Assembly (NCBI GenBank): GCA_036867785.1
Contig: CP145417.1
Span: forward strand, 868,001 to 932,000
DNA length: 64,000 nucleotides
Source of the DNA: Plasmodiophora brassicae
Taxonomy: Eukaryota
Direction: 5' to 3'
Of this stretch, positions 1 to 9,796 are shown in pieces; positions within the stretch are counted from its first letter, which is position 1; each line of letters begins with the position of its first letter. The notes under the pieces are model-generated. The model did not search any database. It saw only the letters and a list, made by a program, of their open reading frames with translations, and was not told where the DNA came from. Position numbers and translations under genes: made by a program.

Positions 1-6
1 CACGCT

Positions 7-59
7 CGTCGGAAGAATCGCAAAATCCCAATTATTGGGACTTTGCGATTCTTCCGACG
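7..59. repeat. Near-perfect 53-bp palindrome centred on CAATTATTG
   Basis: cgtcggaagaatcgcaaaatcccaat-t-attgggactttgcgattcttccgacg; the arms are reverse complements with one mismatch. Confidence 0.95.
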
Positions 60-73
60 CACCTGAGATCCCT

Positions 74-160
74 AAAGTGAATTTCTTGGAGTCTGGATTC
101 TGGGCCGCAATTGGCCACAATTATTGTGGCCCAGAATCCAGACTCCAAGAAATTCACTTT
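74..160. repeat. Inverted repeat with perfect 33-bp arms; the loop holds a second CAATTATTG palindrome
   Basis: 74-106 aaagtgaatttcttggagtctggattctgggcc is the exact reverse complement of 128-160; ggccacaattattgtggcc lies inside. Confidence 0.95.
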
Positions 161-427
161 CATCTCGAACCTTTGGGACGAGCTGGGCGATGATGATGAG
201 GAGGAGGATTACACCTGGGTGCACCCCGACCTCGTTAAGACGACGGCTCGTCATATAGGGCGCGCCAAGCAAGAACTGAGGAATCGGTAATACAATTTCA
301 CGCTTTCCCGCCGGAGCGTGAAATTGTATTACCGATTCCTCAGTTCTTGCTTGGCGCGCCTTATATGACGAGACGTCGTCTTGCGATGCGTCGCATTGGA
401 TACGGGTTTCCATAGCAAATAGCAGAA

Positions 428-720
428 GGGCTGCATCCGGGCTACATTTAATGCAATCTGTACCCGAACGGCTACATGTACGCTACATTAGTGTAGCGCT
501 TATGTGCCCGAAAGGCTACATCCAGGCTACAAGTAATGTAGCATAAAAATGTATCCAACGGGCTACAACTCGGACACATTGGATGTAGCGTGTACGTGCC
601 CGGAAGGCTACATTCAAGCTACATTAATGTAGCATGAATGTATCAAACGCGCTACAAACGTGACACAGGCATGTAGCACCTCTGTGTCCGATCCGGGCGG
701 CTACATGTTTGTAGCACTCA
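428..720. repeat. Degenerate ~45-bp tandem array (about 7 units), each with a GCTACA...TGTAGC dyad
   Basis: Units start near 430, 470, 514, 561, 607, 650 and 699, e.g. ggctacatccaggctacaagtaatgtagca and ggctacattcaagctacattaatgtagca. Confidence 0.85.
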
Positions 721-877
721 CGATACAACGGTGACACACCGTGAATTATTTATTAAAAAATATGTTGCGCGCGTGTAGCGGATCTGCTGCCTGCGCGAGT
801 TATCGTTTGATGAGTCGATGATCATCGCTCTGAAAACCATGGCAACTCTTATGACTGCTGCTGACCTTCAGCAGTTT

Positions 878-1749
878 CTATGTGCGCTCAACTGGATGCC
901 TAACGAGGAGTCGGATCAGGGTGTAGGCATGGCTCGGAAATGGGCGGCCACCGAGTAGGACAGGTTTGGCGTGCTGAAGAAGCCGGTCGATTGCCAACAC
1001 GGTGCCGCACAGGGTCGCAGCCACGATCTCGATGGCCAGGGACGGCATGCGGCAATCCAACTGGACGTCCCACAAAGGCGGCCAACCTCGCCGCCGATCG
1101 TCGTCCCGGCGCGACCGACCTCTTGTAATCGTCGATGGTAGTAGGCGGCGGTAGGCACGCCCGACACGATCAAGACGGTAGATGACAGGGCCCGAACGAA
1201 CAGCTGGTAGCACCATGAAGCGAAGGTCGACCGCCAGATGTCGACATCTGGAAACACGGTGGCGTTCTGCCCAGGCGCACGCGCTGTCAGGACGCCATTG
1301 AGCTCGTCACTGGAGCCGACGAGCAGGAACGGCATTGGAACGCGACGCGTCCGGGCGCCTCGGGACCCGTCGTTGGTGTAGAGGTGCGACGATGGAGGAT
1401 TGCCCACGGTTGGCCCTGACGACGAGTCAGTCAGCGAGCTGGTGGACGGCAGTTGATATCGGTGTGTCCGCCTCTTCTTACACATGGCCGCCACCGCACC
1501 AGTGTCGTAAATGTTGAAGTACTGCGTCTCGAAGGGGCATGCGATGTCCGACTTCGGACGCATTGTTGACGATAAACGTGGCTGGCCGACGTGAACGACG
1601 ATAGTTCCGTATTGAGCCGGTGTGGGCGTGTGCCAGGACCGTGCCTGGGGTTGCTCGTATGGCACACGCTCATACGACATACCGCTATGGTACATGGCAA
1701 GCGGTTTCGCCTTCTCGTCCATGCCGTCGGTACAGTCGACTCGTGTCAT
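878..1749 (-). CDS. Hypothetical membrane protein, possibly fragmentary
   Basis: 277-aa ORF 916-1749 plus overlapping ORF 878-1216 with hydrophobic helices (WCYQLFVRALSSTVLIVSGV; SLAIEIVAATLCGTVLAI); gene model uncertain. Confidence 0.3.
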
Positions 1750-1820
1750 CCTGCCTGGACAAGTACTGAGTAGTCGATTCTGCAGGGTGCACGACAGGTC
1801 TTCTGCTGATTGTTGCCCCG

Positions 1821-2228
1821 TTGACCGCGTTCTCCAACTTCAGGTACGGCGCGGACGGTCTAGCATTGGTCTTAATCGCGTTACGATCGCTGATCTACGG
1901 GGTCGTATCCGTCTTCACCGAATTGTCGCCCACTGCCTTGTCCGGCTCATGGTTCCTGTCGACTAACGCGCGACGTGCCTGCTTCTACCTATGGGTAGCC
2001 GCCGACATCCAGAGCTCGTTCTGGTTCACGACGTCGACGTTGGCGTACGTCAACGTCCTGCAATGGGTCCTTCTACTGGGCGCGCTCCTTGCCACGCTCC
2101 TCAATGCTTCCAACGGGCTCTTCTCTGCAGTACCGCCCCCAGCCGAATCCTCTCAGTCGCATGCTGCGAAATCAGGCCACGACAAGTCGGGTGCCGCCAG
2201 GTCACACCACCTGCAAGCCGCTGTCTAA
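1821..2228 (+). CDS. Hypothetical multi-pass membrane protein fragment
   Basis: Hydrophobic segments GLALVLIALRSLIYGVVSVF and LAYVNVLQWVLLLGALLATLL; no clear start. Confidence 0.3.
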   Translation: MTAFSNFRYGADGLALVLIALRSLIYGVVSVFTELSPTALSGSWFLSTNARRACFYLWVAADIQSSFWFTTSTLAYVNVLQWVLLLGALLATLLNASNGLFSAVPPPAESSQSHAAKSGHDKSGAARSHHLQAAV

Positions 2229-2371
2229 ATCGATTTGCCATTCTGTCAGTAAAACGAGTACATGGCACTCTTCATGATCGTTTAGTGCTGCACCGACGAT
2301 GCGGTTGCCGGGCGAGAAGGCGGTACAGATTGCACAGTTATCCAGTCACAGGCGCAGGGTTCGTGTGCCCG

Positions 2372-5110
2372 ATGTCTCAGCCGGGCGCCCTGCAGAGCCG
2401 GGCGGCCGCCGTCCCTGGGCCGCCCACGAAACCGGAACCCGGGGAGGGGTCGGCCTCAGCGGCGGCCATCGAGCTCGAGCACGGCATCGGGTATACGAGC
2501 ACGGCGAGGAACGGGATCGTGCTCCACCCGAACGGCAGGGATTACGTTTCGGCCGTCGGCGCGTGCATTGGTACCACCACCCTGTCCTGTACAGGGTTAT
2601 CGAATGCAGTGAACGCTGTGCGACAGTCATCAACGATCTCAACGACCCGCACCGGCAGGCCTTTCTTCGGGGGCACACCCAGACCGTCACCTGCGTCGAC
2701 GTCTCCGGATCGGTAAGACGGAAACGAGCAGGACGGTCCAGCCACGTCTGACGGGTCGGACCGCTCGCCAGGGGCGCCTGATCGCATCCGGCCAGCTGGG
2801 CGCCGAATCCGACGTGATCGTCTGGGACTTCGACACGAAATCCATCCGGTACCGGTTCGAGGAGCACCAGTCTGGCATTGCCGCCGTCTGCTTCTCGTGG
2901 GACGAGGTGCTCGATCCCGATCCACGGCGCCCCTGTTGCCCGGTCGCTAAACGTGTGGTGGTCGTGCTGGTGATCCAGAGGTTCCTCGTCACGGTCGGCG
3001 CCGCCGTCGAAGGAAAGCTGATCGTCTGGGATTGCCGAACGTAATTGGCGAGGATGCCACCTTGAAACCGATCCCCGATCGTAACCTGTCTGTGTACATA
3101 CCAGGGGCCTTATTGTTGGGTCCGCGCTCACCGCCCCCAGTCCGTTCTGTGCCATCGCTTGGGGAGGCAGAATCAAAGGTGTCTTGGTCCGACCCGTACC
3201 ATGGTTGGCGTTGGGTTGACCTGACGTGCAGATGTGAAACGGCGCCCGACGTCGGATTGCCAGTTCGCGACCTGTGCCGAGCAGGAGGGCCCTATCCTCA
3301 TGTGGAAGCTAACGCCCAGCACGGGCCACCTATCGTATGAAAAGGCATGCTACGCGTGTCGCCCTGTTCGGCATTCGCCTAAACAGCATTCCAGGTTCGA
3401 ACCGGCACCGTCAAGCGCGCCTACTCGTACGCGCTCGGTCGCTATCGGTCATCTTGCAGACCGACTAACGCGTCCCCTGGCAGGGCACTGTGTTTCTCGC
3501 CCGACGGCGACTTCCTGTTCGCTGGGTCGACATCGGGCGACGTCCTGTCGTTCCTCGTTCGCAACGGCGGCCTATGCGCGACGATCCCGGCCTGTGCCGG
3601 TGGCGTGCACGCCCTGATCGTCACGCCCGAGTGCGACGCCATCGTCGGCGGCGGCGACGGCTCCATCGTCTGCTTCAGACGCGAGAACCCGGTGCGTATC
3701 GCACGTCGCGTTAAGGAAACAGCCCCGCCCTGAAATTGTCTCAGAGGTCGTACGTGGACACGAAGCGCGTGCGTCTGCCTGGCGGCGTCTCCAGCCTGTC
3801 GAACAGCGCCGACTGGTGCGAGGTCGTCGTCGGCACCCTCGTCGGCGACGCCTACCGCCTGCGCCTATCCGACCTGAACGACAAGGCACAGGCGCGTGTG
3901 CCCTCATCTGTGGGCGTCGCTGACGCTACCCTGCCCACCCACCTAGGTGGTCCTGTCTCAGAACCATTCGGCGCCCGTGAACGCGATCGCGTTCCCACCT
4001 GGCGTGTCGGATCGGTTCGCGTCGTGTGCCAGCGATGGGACCGTGAAGTCAGGATGGGTCGAAGCGGCGCGACCGGCGAGCGTCTAACGAGCCGTGCAGG
4101 ATGTGGGACGTCTCCGACTACACGTTGATATCGAGCGGGCGCTGCGAGTCGCATGCGGCGACGAGCCTGGCGGTCTCGGAGGAGTGCATCATCACCGGGT
4201 GGGACGACGGCAAGATACGGTCGATGGAGGCGGCGACGGGCGACCAGCTGTGGGCCATCGCGAACGCGCACACGATGGGCGTGTCGGCACTGGCGCTGAG
4301 CCCCAACGAAGTACGCCCCGGCAGGCAGGCTGTACCGGTCGTCGGCGTCGCTGATCGGTTGCAGAAATTCATTGTCAGCGGCGGCGTCGATGGCGACGTG
4401 CGCGTCTGGGAGATCCGCAACCGGGACCTGCTGTGCCGCCTGAAGGAGCACACGAGCCGCGTGAACAGCCTCGCGATCTACGCCGACAACCGGTGCGCCC
4501 TGTCGTGCAGCCGGGACCGGTCGATCCTCTGCTGGGACCTGCAGGTCTGCCCCTGCCATTGCGATAGCGAGTCGCCTCTGCTGACTTGCTGCCCTAGGCT
4601 GAGCTGCGGGTGTCCTGCCATCGGCAGAACATGGGTGGGATCAACGACATTGGCGTAACGCGCGACCAGACGCTCGTGGTCAGCGTTGGCCAGGAGAAGC
4701 GGGTGACGTTCTGGGACCTACGGCAGCCTCAGGTACCGACCCCTGCCGTACTGTGGCGCCCATGGGCGTCGCCGATGTAAACCTGGCCGTGCAGGCCGTG
4801 CAAACGCTGGAGCTGGGCGCTGAGGGCACGTACATCGACGTCAGCCCGAACGGCACCATGTTCGCCACCGGCGACGACCACTGCCTGGTCAAACTGTTCG
4901 ACATGCGCACCAGGTCGCCTCTCGGTACGTCGTCGTCGTCGACGATTCGCGATGCCTTCGCAGAAAAACCGATGACATGGGCGTCGTCCAGCGACCGGCG
5001 TGGGGCACTCGAAGAGCCTGTCGTCGGTTCGGTTCAGCCCGGACGGCAAGCAGGTGATCAGCGCCGGCGACGACGGCAGCATCCTGATCTGGAACATTTT
5101 CACCACGTGA
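2372..5110 (+). CDS. CFAP52: Cilia- and flagella-associated WD40 protein, CFAP52/WDR16-like (multi-exon)
   Basis: Exons IELEHGIGY...LHPNGRDYVSAVG, QAFLRGHTQTVTCVDVS, LIASGQLGAESDVIVWDF, IITGWDDGKIR, FIVSGGVDGDVRVWEI, ALSCSRDRSILCWDL, VISAGDDGSILIWN; separated by GT-AG introns. Confidence 0.8.
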
Positions 5111-5438
5111 CCCGCGGTCGGCGGCAACGGAGGCGCGCGAGTAAACCATTGGGACGCTGGGGCACGGTACCGTCTGGAAGTAGATGGGCCGCTGTCGTCA
5201 TCGCTCAGCGTTGCCGGAGCGCATGGGCCCTCACGTAGCCGACCGGGGAGATCGTCACGGTCTGACGTGAAGCAGGACCGAATGCGAGTTGCCTGGCTGT
5301 TCATTGTTGCAACGCGCCCACGTCACCAGTGCGCCGACGACGCGCCGTACTCTGGCAAGGAACTTGAGGCAGGGCCTGCCGGTTACCAGACAGCGGTCGA
5401 CGTCGTTGGCCAAACGCCGTTATTGTATACGCGCGCGC

Positions 5439-7280
5439 CTAGACAGTGATGAACTCGGCGACGAGGCGATCGCGTAGCTCGATGGAGTCGGCATGGTCGG
5501 GGAACGCGTTCAGCGCCCTGGTCACCATGTTCCAGCTCTTCTGCAGGTCGCCAACGGCCTCGGCCACCAACGCTGGGCGATACGAATTTATGGCGGGCGT
5601 TCTTCGCACAGCAGACGCACGACTGACCTGCATTGAACATGGGCTCGAAATGGTGGTCGGCCAGCTCCGACGCCATCTCAAAGTAGGCGCACGCCTGCTG
5701 GTGGCCGCCCTTGCGAAGCTCCAGGACGCCCAGGTTGTTGAACGCCTCGGCGTGGTTGCCGTCGATCGATATGCAGACCTTCAGCGCTTGCATCGCCAGC
5801 GTCAGGTCGCCGATCCCGACCGCAATATGCCCGATGTTGTACCTACGCGTCGCGATTCAGTCAGCGCATGGCAGCGGGGACTGAAATCGACGCACCAGAC
5901 GTCCGCCATGTTGGAGTCGTCGGCCAGCGCCAGCGCGCGCTCGAAGCAGGTCAGCGTCATATCGTACTGGGCCGAGTAGAAGCAGCAGAGGCCGACGTTG
6001 TTCCAGATTTCCGTGTTGCCGACGCCCATCTGCAGCAGGCGCCGGTAGAATCGCAGGGCGATCTCCGGCTGGTCGTTATAGAAGTACTGGCCGGCCAGGC
6101 TGGCGATCGCCTCGATGTTCGACGCATCCAGGTGCAGGACCTGGCGCAGGCGTTCGAAGGTGAACACGCGGGGTAACAGGCCCACGTCGAGCGGGGCACC
6201 TTTCTGAAGATGGCGTCGGCGCTGGCGTAATCGTTCATGGCCTGATGGACACGCGCCATGCCGATGTGCAGGAGCGGCTCGCCCGGGTTGCCCTCCAGCG
6301 CCTGCGCATACACCGACAGGGCGCTGTTCGGCTGGTCGACCCGCAGGTACACCTTGCCCAGCTCCAGGAACGTTGCCACCATCTCCTGCATCTTCAGCGA
6401 CGCCCTGCGACATGGCCCGTCTCAGTGGTCGTCGTCGTGGTCGGCCCGCCCGCCTACTGGAGTTGCGCCTGCGCCTCCCTCAGCATGCCCAGCTGGTAGT
6501 ACGCCTTGCCCGACCGGGCCAGCCACCACCAGTCGGTCTGGCCGGACGACCTGGCACACTCCATGGCGAGCTCCAGCGCCTATCGCCCGAGGTCACGTGA
6601 TGAGCGGCGCACGATGCGACCCGCGAACCTTCTTCGGGTTGTGCTCGATGTACAGCAGGTAGTCGCAGAGCGCTTTGGCCAGCGCCGGCCGCTTGCTCAC
6701 CTTCTGGACGTCGATCTGCGCCACGTCGATGAAGGCGCCGTTCTCGCCGGCCAGCATCATCGACTGCGTCCCGAGGCGAACCTGCCGCCCGGCAACGGTC
6801 AGCGGCCGCGACGTCGTCGGCCGCCCGCTCTGCAGCGTCTTCCTCACGTTGTCGCTGGCCGTCCCCATCCTCGTGCTACCCCGACCAGCCGATCAGCATC
6901 GCTTCCCCGGGCGTCGAACCCCCAAGGCAGTACCTGGCGCCAGGCCGAGCAAAGCCAGTGGTGGGTCGCTGGATACCGGTCATGGGGCGAAGGCCACCGT
7001 TCTGCGTCGTCGTGGTCAACGGGCGCTGCAAGGAGGTGCCCGGGCGGGCGCCGCTGCCGGCCAGCGCGTTGTCGTCGAGGAGGATCTCGGCGACGCCGTC
7101 TTCCTCGAGGTCCAGGTCGTCGATGTACCCCAGTTCGGTCAGCGCCCGCGTCTTCAGGAACCACGCCGCCTGGTCCAGCGCGTTCTCCGCCAGGATCGAC
7201 GTGCACGCCTCGACGCAGGCCTCGTATCGGCGCTGCTCGAACAGGTGCTGCGCCACGTACACACGATCCAGCGTCGCCAT
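5439..7280 (-). CDS. BBS8: Bardet-Biedl syndrome 8 / TTC8 TPR protein (multi-exon)
   Basis: DQAAWFLKTRALTE...LLDDNALAGSGARPGTSLQRP; RQVRLGT; YFYNDQPEIALRFYRRLLQMGV; NNVGLCCFYSAQYDMTLTCFERAL; HAEAFNNLGVLE. Confidence 0.95.
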
Positions 7281-7328
7281 CCTGTGACAGCTGAGCGGCG
7301 CGAGACAGTTGGGCGGAGGGCGGCCCCC

Positions 7329-7348
7329 TGTGTGTGTGTGTGTGTGTG
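7329..7348. repeat. (TG)n microsatellite
   Basis: tgtgtgtgtgtgtgtgtgtg between BBS8 and the first EVE gene. Confidence 0.9.
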
Positions 7349-7369
7349 CGCGTTGGCACCTCTGTATCA

Positions 7370-7891
7370 TCATGGTTCCGGGTTCCCCGGGTACAGTCTG
7401 GTGCTGTTTGGCAGGCCGGCGGACGGGTCGGCGATGTCGCCCTGTCGAAGGTAGGCGCTCTTCGGCAGGCGCATGGCATGGGCGAGAACGAGGAAGTCCT
7501 CGTAGACGACCTCGCGTACGCCGTACCGTTTCGGGACCAGGCTGTGCTGCCACAGGTTCGCATCCGGGATGAACGACAGGCGCCCGACGACGTCGCGCGC
7601 GTCGACGCGGCCGCAGTCTGGGTAGAACCGCGCCCTCGATCGCCACTCCTTGTTGTCGTGCGCGTCCTTGACCGGGTAGGGCATGTCGCCCGTCACGACG
7701 CCGACGGCGGTGAACCGTCGCACCCACTGCGCCTTGTAGTGGAACACGTCGCGCGCCGAATAGTAGACGACCCAGTCGCCGCGCCGCACGCGCGTGTACG
7801 TCTCCCGCTGCGGGAACACGGTGTACCCGCCGCGAACGCACCGGTCGACGTCGCCCTTGGTCAGGAACCCGATGAAGTACCGCCGCGACAT
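7370..7891 (-). CDS. EVE-domain (PUA/ASCH fold) protein, YdcG/UPF0310-like, copy 1; intronless, 173 aa
   Basis: RYFIGFLTKGDVDRCVRGGY...RVRRGDWVVYYSAR...RRFTAVGVV...RLSFIPDANLW...YGVREVVYEDFLVLAHAM fits the YdcG-type pattern YWIGV..HV..GGF..GDWLIYYSP..FTAIG..LEF..WG..G.FEI...DF..I..AM. Confidence 0.8.
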   Translation of the reverse strand: MSRRYFIGFLTKGDVDRCVRGGYTVFPQRETYTRVRRGDWVVYYSARDVFHYKAQWVRRFTAVGVVTGDMPYPVKDAHDNKEWRSRARFYPDCGRVDARDVVGRLSFIPDANLWQHSLVPKRYGVREVVYEDFLVLAHAMRLPKSAYLRQGDIADPSAGLPNSTRLYPGNPEP

Positions 7892-8013
7892 CCGCCGTTT
7901 GCGACAGGCGGGGCTTTATTCGTCACGCGCCGGACGCCGACCTACGAACGCACGGGAACCCCTCCCATGGTATGCGACGACGACGACGATGCGGAACACG
8001 CGTCCTGTATTGA

Positions 8014-8499
8014 TTACCGGCGCGTGTCGAAATTCCAGAGCGGGTCGGCACACAGGAAGCGCGCAATGATGAGGTAGTCGTGCTTGTCGACCTCGATCAG
8101 GCCGCTGGGCGGCACGATACGCCGGCGCTTGACGTCGACGGGCATGCGGCGCAGGAACCGGAGCTGGGTGTCGAGCAGGTCGACGGAGACGGGATTGACG
8201 ACGTTCATGTACCGCATGGCGATGCGGAACTGGGTGTCGTGCCCGTTGCGAACGGGGTACGGCATGCTCTTCAGGACGATGCCGAACGCGGTGAAGCGCC
8301 GCACCTCGGGCGCGTACGTCGACCGGGACGCCCTGCCGGCGTACAGGGCGATCCAGTCGCCGTACCGGACGACGTCGGCGGTCGGGTCGTTCGGGAACGG
8401 GTAGAACTCCTCGTTGACGTAGCGTTTCGCCTGGCCGCGGTTCGTCAACCCGACCCAGAACCGGGCGCCCGACCGCAGCTGCGGCTTCAGGCCGCCCAT
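8014..8499 (-). CDS. EVE-domain protein, YdcG-like, copy 2; intronless, 161 aa
   Basis: RFWVGLTN...VRYGDWIALYAGR...VRRFTAFGIV...QLRFL...GLIEVDKHDYLIIARFL. Confidence 0.75.
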   Translation of the reverse strand: MGGLKPQLRSGARFWVGLTNRGQAKRYVNEEFYPFPNDPTADVVRYGDWIALYAGRASRSTYAPEVRRFTAFGIVLKSMPYPVRNGHDTQFRIAMRYMNVVNPVSVDLLDTQLRFLRRMPVDVKRRRIVPPSGLIEVDKHDYLIIARFLCADPLWNFDTRR

Positions 8500-8606
8500 G
8501 ATGAGCACGAACGCACCGCCCAATTAAGCCGGACAGCGCAACGGCGGCGGCAGGGTGCCCGCCACCTATGTACGTAACAGGTGGCGTCGTCGTAGTACCG
8601 GTTTTA

Positions 8607-9095
8607 CTATTCATGACCCGGCACGCGATGGATGCGCTGGTACTCCTTGTCGAAGGACCAGCGCGGGTCCGCCTTCATCGAGACGGCGATGATGTCGAAC
8701 TCGCGTGGCGTGACCAGGATCAGGCCGTGCTCGGGCAGGTGGAAGTTGTCGCCCCAGTCGATGCCCTGCGCGATGAACGACAGGTGCCGGGCGATGCGCG
8801 CCATCGGGACCGGCTCCGCGTCAATGTACTTCAGGGCGTACCGGTACTCGCATTGCCCGACGACGGGCGTCGGCGCGAAATCGGCGACCTGGCCGACGCC
8901 CGTGAACCGGCGCACCCAGCCCGACGATCGGTCCCGCGTCTCCCTGCCGGCGTAGACGGCCACCCAGTCGTTCCGGTGCAGGAGGTCCCCGTAGTAATTC
9001 GGCGCGTACTGCACGTACCCGCCGGCGCGGCACACCTGCGCCTCCTCGTGGGTGACAAGCGCGACGAAGTACCGCCAGGACAGCGCCGAGAACAT
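8607..9095 (-). CDS. EVE-domain protein, YdcG-like, copy 3; intronless, 162 aa
   Basis: RYFVALVTHEEAQVCRAGGYVQ...RNDWVAVYAGR...WVRRFTGVGQV...HLSFIAQGIDWG...GLILVTPREFDIIAVSM. Confidence 0.8.
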   Translation of the reverse strand: MFSALSWRYFVALVTHEEAQVCRAGGYVQYAPNYYGDLLHRNDWVAVYAGRETRDRSSGWVRRFTGVGQVADFAPTPVVGQCEYRYALKYIDAEPVPMARIARHLSFIAQGIDWGDNFHLPEHGLILVTPREFDIIAVSMKADPRWSFDKEYQRIHRVPGHE

Positions 9096-9300
9096 GCTGC
9101 TGGATGCGCCGGCGCCGCCGAATTTATGGCGGCTGCCTGGCCACCCGGCGGCGTCACCCTGCTCGGTGCTCATTGGTCGACGCTGATGAATTCGTGGCAA
9201 GGGAGTGCGTCGCACCAGTTGCCGCTCCGCAGGGGGGACATTCAGGTCGCCGCTGATCGAACCTGTACCGTCCCGTTCGTATCTTGTTCGTCGCAGGGAA

Positions 9301-9706
9301 ATGCCGGTGCTGGCGCTGGTCATCGAGCGGAACGAGGGCGGGCGCCGGCGACGGGAACTGCTGGTCCCGTCGCACGACCTGGCCATCGCCATGTGCTGCG
9401 GCGAGGGGCAGACCAGCCTGAGCGTCCGCCGCGTCGACCCGGAACGGGGCGCGCTAGCCGGTCGCATCATTGGCGACGTGCAGTGCTCGGAGCTGTTCAT
9501 CGGCAGCGCCGCCGAGTTCGCCTGCGCGATCGACGCTGTACGAGCGCCCCACCCGACACGTTCGTGCGTCGTCGCTGACCGGTGGCGTTCAGGTGCAAAC
9601 GCGGCCCAAGACGATGAAATCGCACCAGCGCCTGGTGAACGCCCAGCGCACGCTGCTGAAGTTCAGGGACATGTTCTTTGAGGCGATGCAGATCGATCAG
9701 CAATAA
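9301..9706 (+). CDS. Hypothetical small protein, two exons
   Basis: MPVLALVIERNEGG...FACAIDA, intron ~9538-9592 (gtacga...ctgac...ttcag), then VQTRPKTMKSHQRLVNAQRTLLKFRDMFFEAMQIDQQ*. Confidence 0.5.
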
Positions 9707-9796
9707 AGGGTGCAGGTATCGATCGGGACATGGTCGCTGGGGGGCGGTTTATATTGAAAGTCGGCGACCCTGGCCTCCCCCTGACGATGCGTTGCC

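Noticed and set aside
72-413. 113-aa ORF as a real gene
   Set aside because: No recognisable motif, and its 3' end runs through a palindrome, so it cannot be supported
428-720. Possible CRISPR array (regular dyad repeats)
   Set aside because: The repeats are degenerate, the linkers are short and related to each other rather than unique, there are no cas genes, and the DNA is eukaryotic
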